From the NCBI GenBank assembly GCA_964394835.1, contig CAYMZA010000002.1, positions 1-56,627 of the forward strand: a DNA stretch of 56,627 nucleotides, written 5' to 3'. Positions 56,112 through 56,627 of this stretch are shown here, piece after piece. Source of the stretch: an uncultured Gammaproteobacteria bacterium. Its GTDB lineage: Bacteria > Patescibacteriota > Patescibacteriia > UBA1558 > GWA2-36-10. The translations under genes were made by a program, and so were the position numbers. Position 1 is the first letter of the stretch. Every line of letters begins with the position of its first letter. The notes beneath the pieces are model-generated. The model saw only the letters and a list, made by a program, of their open reading frames with translations. It did no database searches and was not told where the DNA came from.

Positions 56112-56498
56112 AATTTTCTTAAGTATTCTTTCCCCTACTTTACACTTATACACCCATATAGCTAAATACACACCTATAGAATCAATTAGAATGTCTTTAG
56201 CACTACCATATCTATTTAACACTGTTGATTGATGTAATTCATCAATAAAAGCATAAGCAATACCTACTAAAATAACAAAGTATAAATATTTTCTTTTACA
56301 ACTTACTAAACTATTAGCTATTAAATATGTTAATACAAAAAATACAAATATATGAGCAAGTTTCCTTAAGATAAAATCTTGCCAAGAAGGTAAACTACTT
56401 TTTAAATCAGGAATAGAAGATAAATAAAAAATAAATAACCCCCAAAATATAGCTAATAATAAATATATTAATTGTTTTTTTTCTTTCTTTTTTAACAT
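56088..56498 (-). CDS. VanZ-like membrane protein
   Basis: 4 TM helices; KLAHIFVFFVL and FIDELHQ motifs typical of the VanZ family. Confidence 0.7.
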   Translation of the reverse strand: MLKKKEKKQLIYLLLAIFWGLFIFYLSSIPDLKSSLPSWQDFILRKLAHIFVFFVLTYLIANSLVSCKRKYLYFVILVGIAYAFIDELHQSTVLNRYGSAKDILIDSIGVYLAIWVYKCKVGERILKKIKKQPCCS

Positions 56499-56547
56499 AC
56501 TATTAGTATATCATAACTAAATAATATGGTATAATATATTTATGAAT

Positions 56548-56573
56548 AAAAAAACTTATCTAGATAGATAAGT
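56548..56573 (-). terminator. Intrinsic terminator after tRNA-Asp
   Basis: Minus strand ACTTATCTA / TAGATAAGT stem followed by T7. Confidence 0.6.
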
Positions 56574-56575
56574 AA

Positions 56576-56627
56576 TGGCGGGATCGACGAGACTCGAACT
56601 CGCGACCTCCTGCGTGACAGGCAGGCG
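56576..56627 (-). tRNA. tRNA-Asp (anticodon GUC), 3' part only; the 5' end runs off the window
   Basis: Reverse complement: anticodon stem CCTGC/GCAGG with loop CTGTCAC, T-arm GCGAG-TTCGAGT-CTCGT, acceptor CGATCCC, then GCCA. Confidence 0.85.

Noticed and set aside
1-56627. Genomic island, prophage or mobile element bounded by the tRNA genes at both window ends
   Set aside because: There is no integrase, transposase, phage or conjugation gene, and no direct repeats of tRNA 3' ends. The content between the tRNAs is core housekeeping with uniform composition apart from RNA genes.

Overview
This is a very AT-rich (roughly 25-30% G+C by eye), gene-dense bacterial chromosomal segment made almost entirely of housekeeping genes. 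The standard genetic code applies: TGA acts as a stop at infC and at the methyltransferase at 21183. Many genes lack a recognisable Shine-Dalgarno sequence, and extended -10 promoters (TGnTATAAT) recur. The gene content (peptidoglycan genes present, short proteins, many uncharacterised membrane or secreted proteins) fits a reduced-genome bacterium, possibly Patescibacteria/CPR; that assignment is inference only.

Contents in order:
- tRNA-Glu and a dcw cluster (mraZ-rsmH-ftsL-ftsI-murF)
- rplJ-rplL with a leader
- envelope genes (mltG, cytidylyltransferase, uppP, PAP2-like)
- a lower-glycolysis operon (pgk-eno plus two tandem gpmI paralogs)
- an orphan structured RNA candidate
- an orphan 7TM-GAF histidine kinase coupled to a methyltransferase
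- cysS, gap, and rpsB-tsf / pyrH-PSP1
- rpmE-prfA-prmC, L25/Ctc, and a SEDS protein
- dnaE, T-box-thrS, guaB, miaB-miaA, gatB
- a contiguous thymidylate-supply cluster (dCMP deaminase, unassigned kinase, thyA, folA, dut, tdk, then tmk)
- smpB-tmRNA-infC-rpmI-rplT and a partial tRNA-Asp

I found no CRISPR array, transposase, integrase, prophage or recognisable defence system.

The most interesting signals are:
- an unclassified GC-rich RNA of about 270 nt with its own promoter and terminator (18140-18407)
- a perfect 20-bp palindrome present three times in 5' regulatory gaps
- two perfect DnaA-box-containing 12-mers bracketing the mraZ promoter
- a patch of GC-rich codons inside rsmH
- the tandem gpmI paralogs
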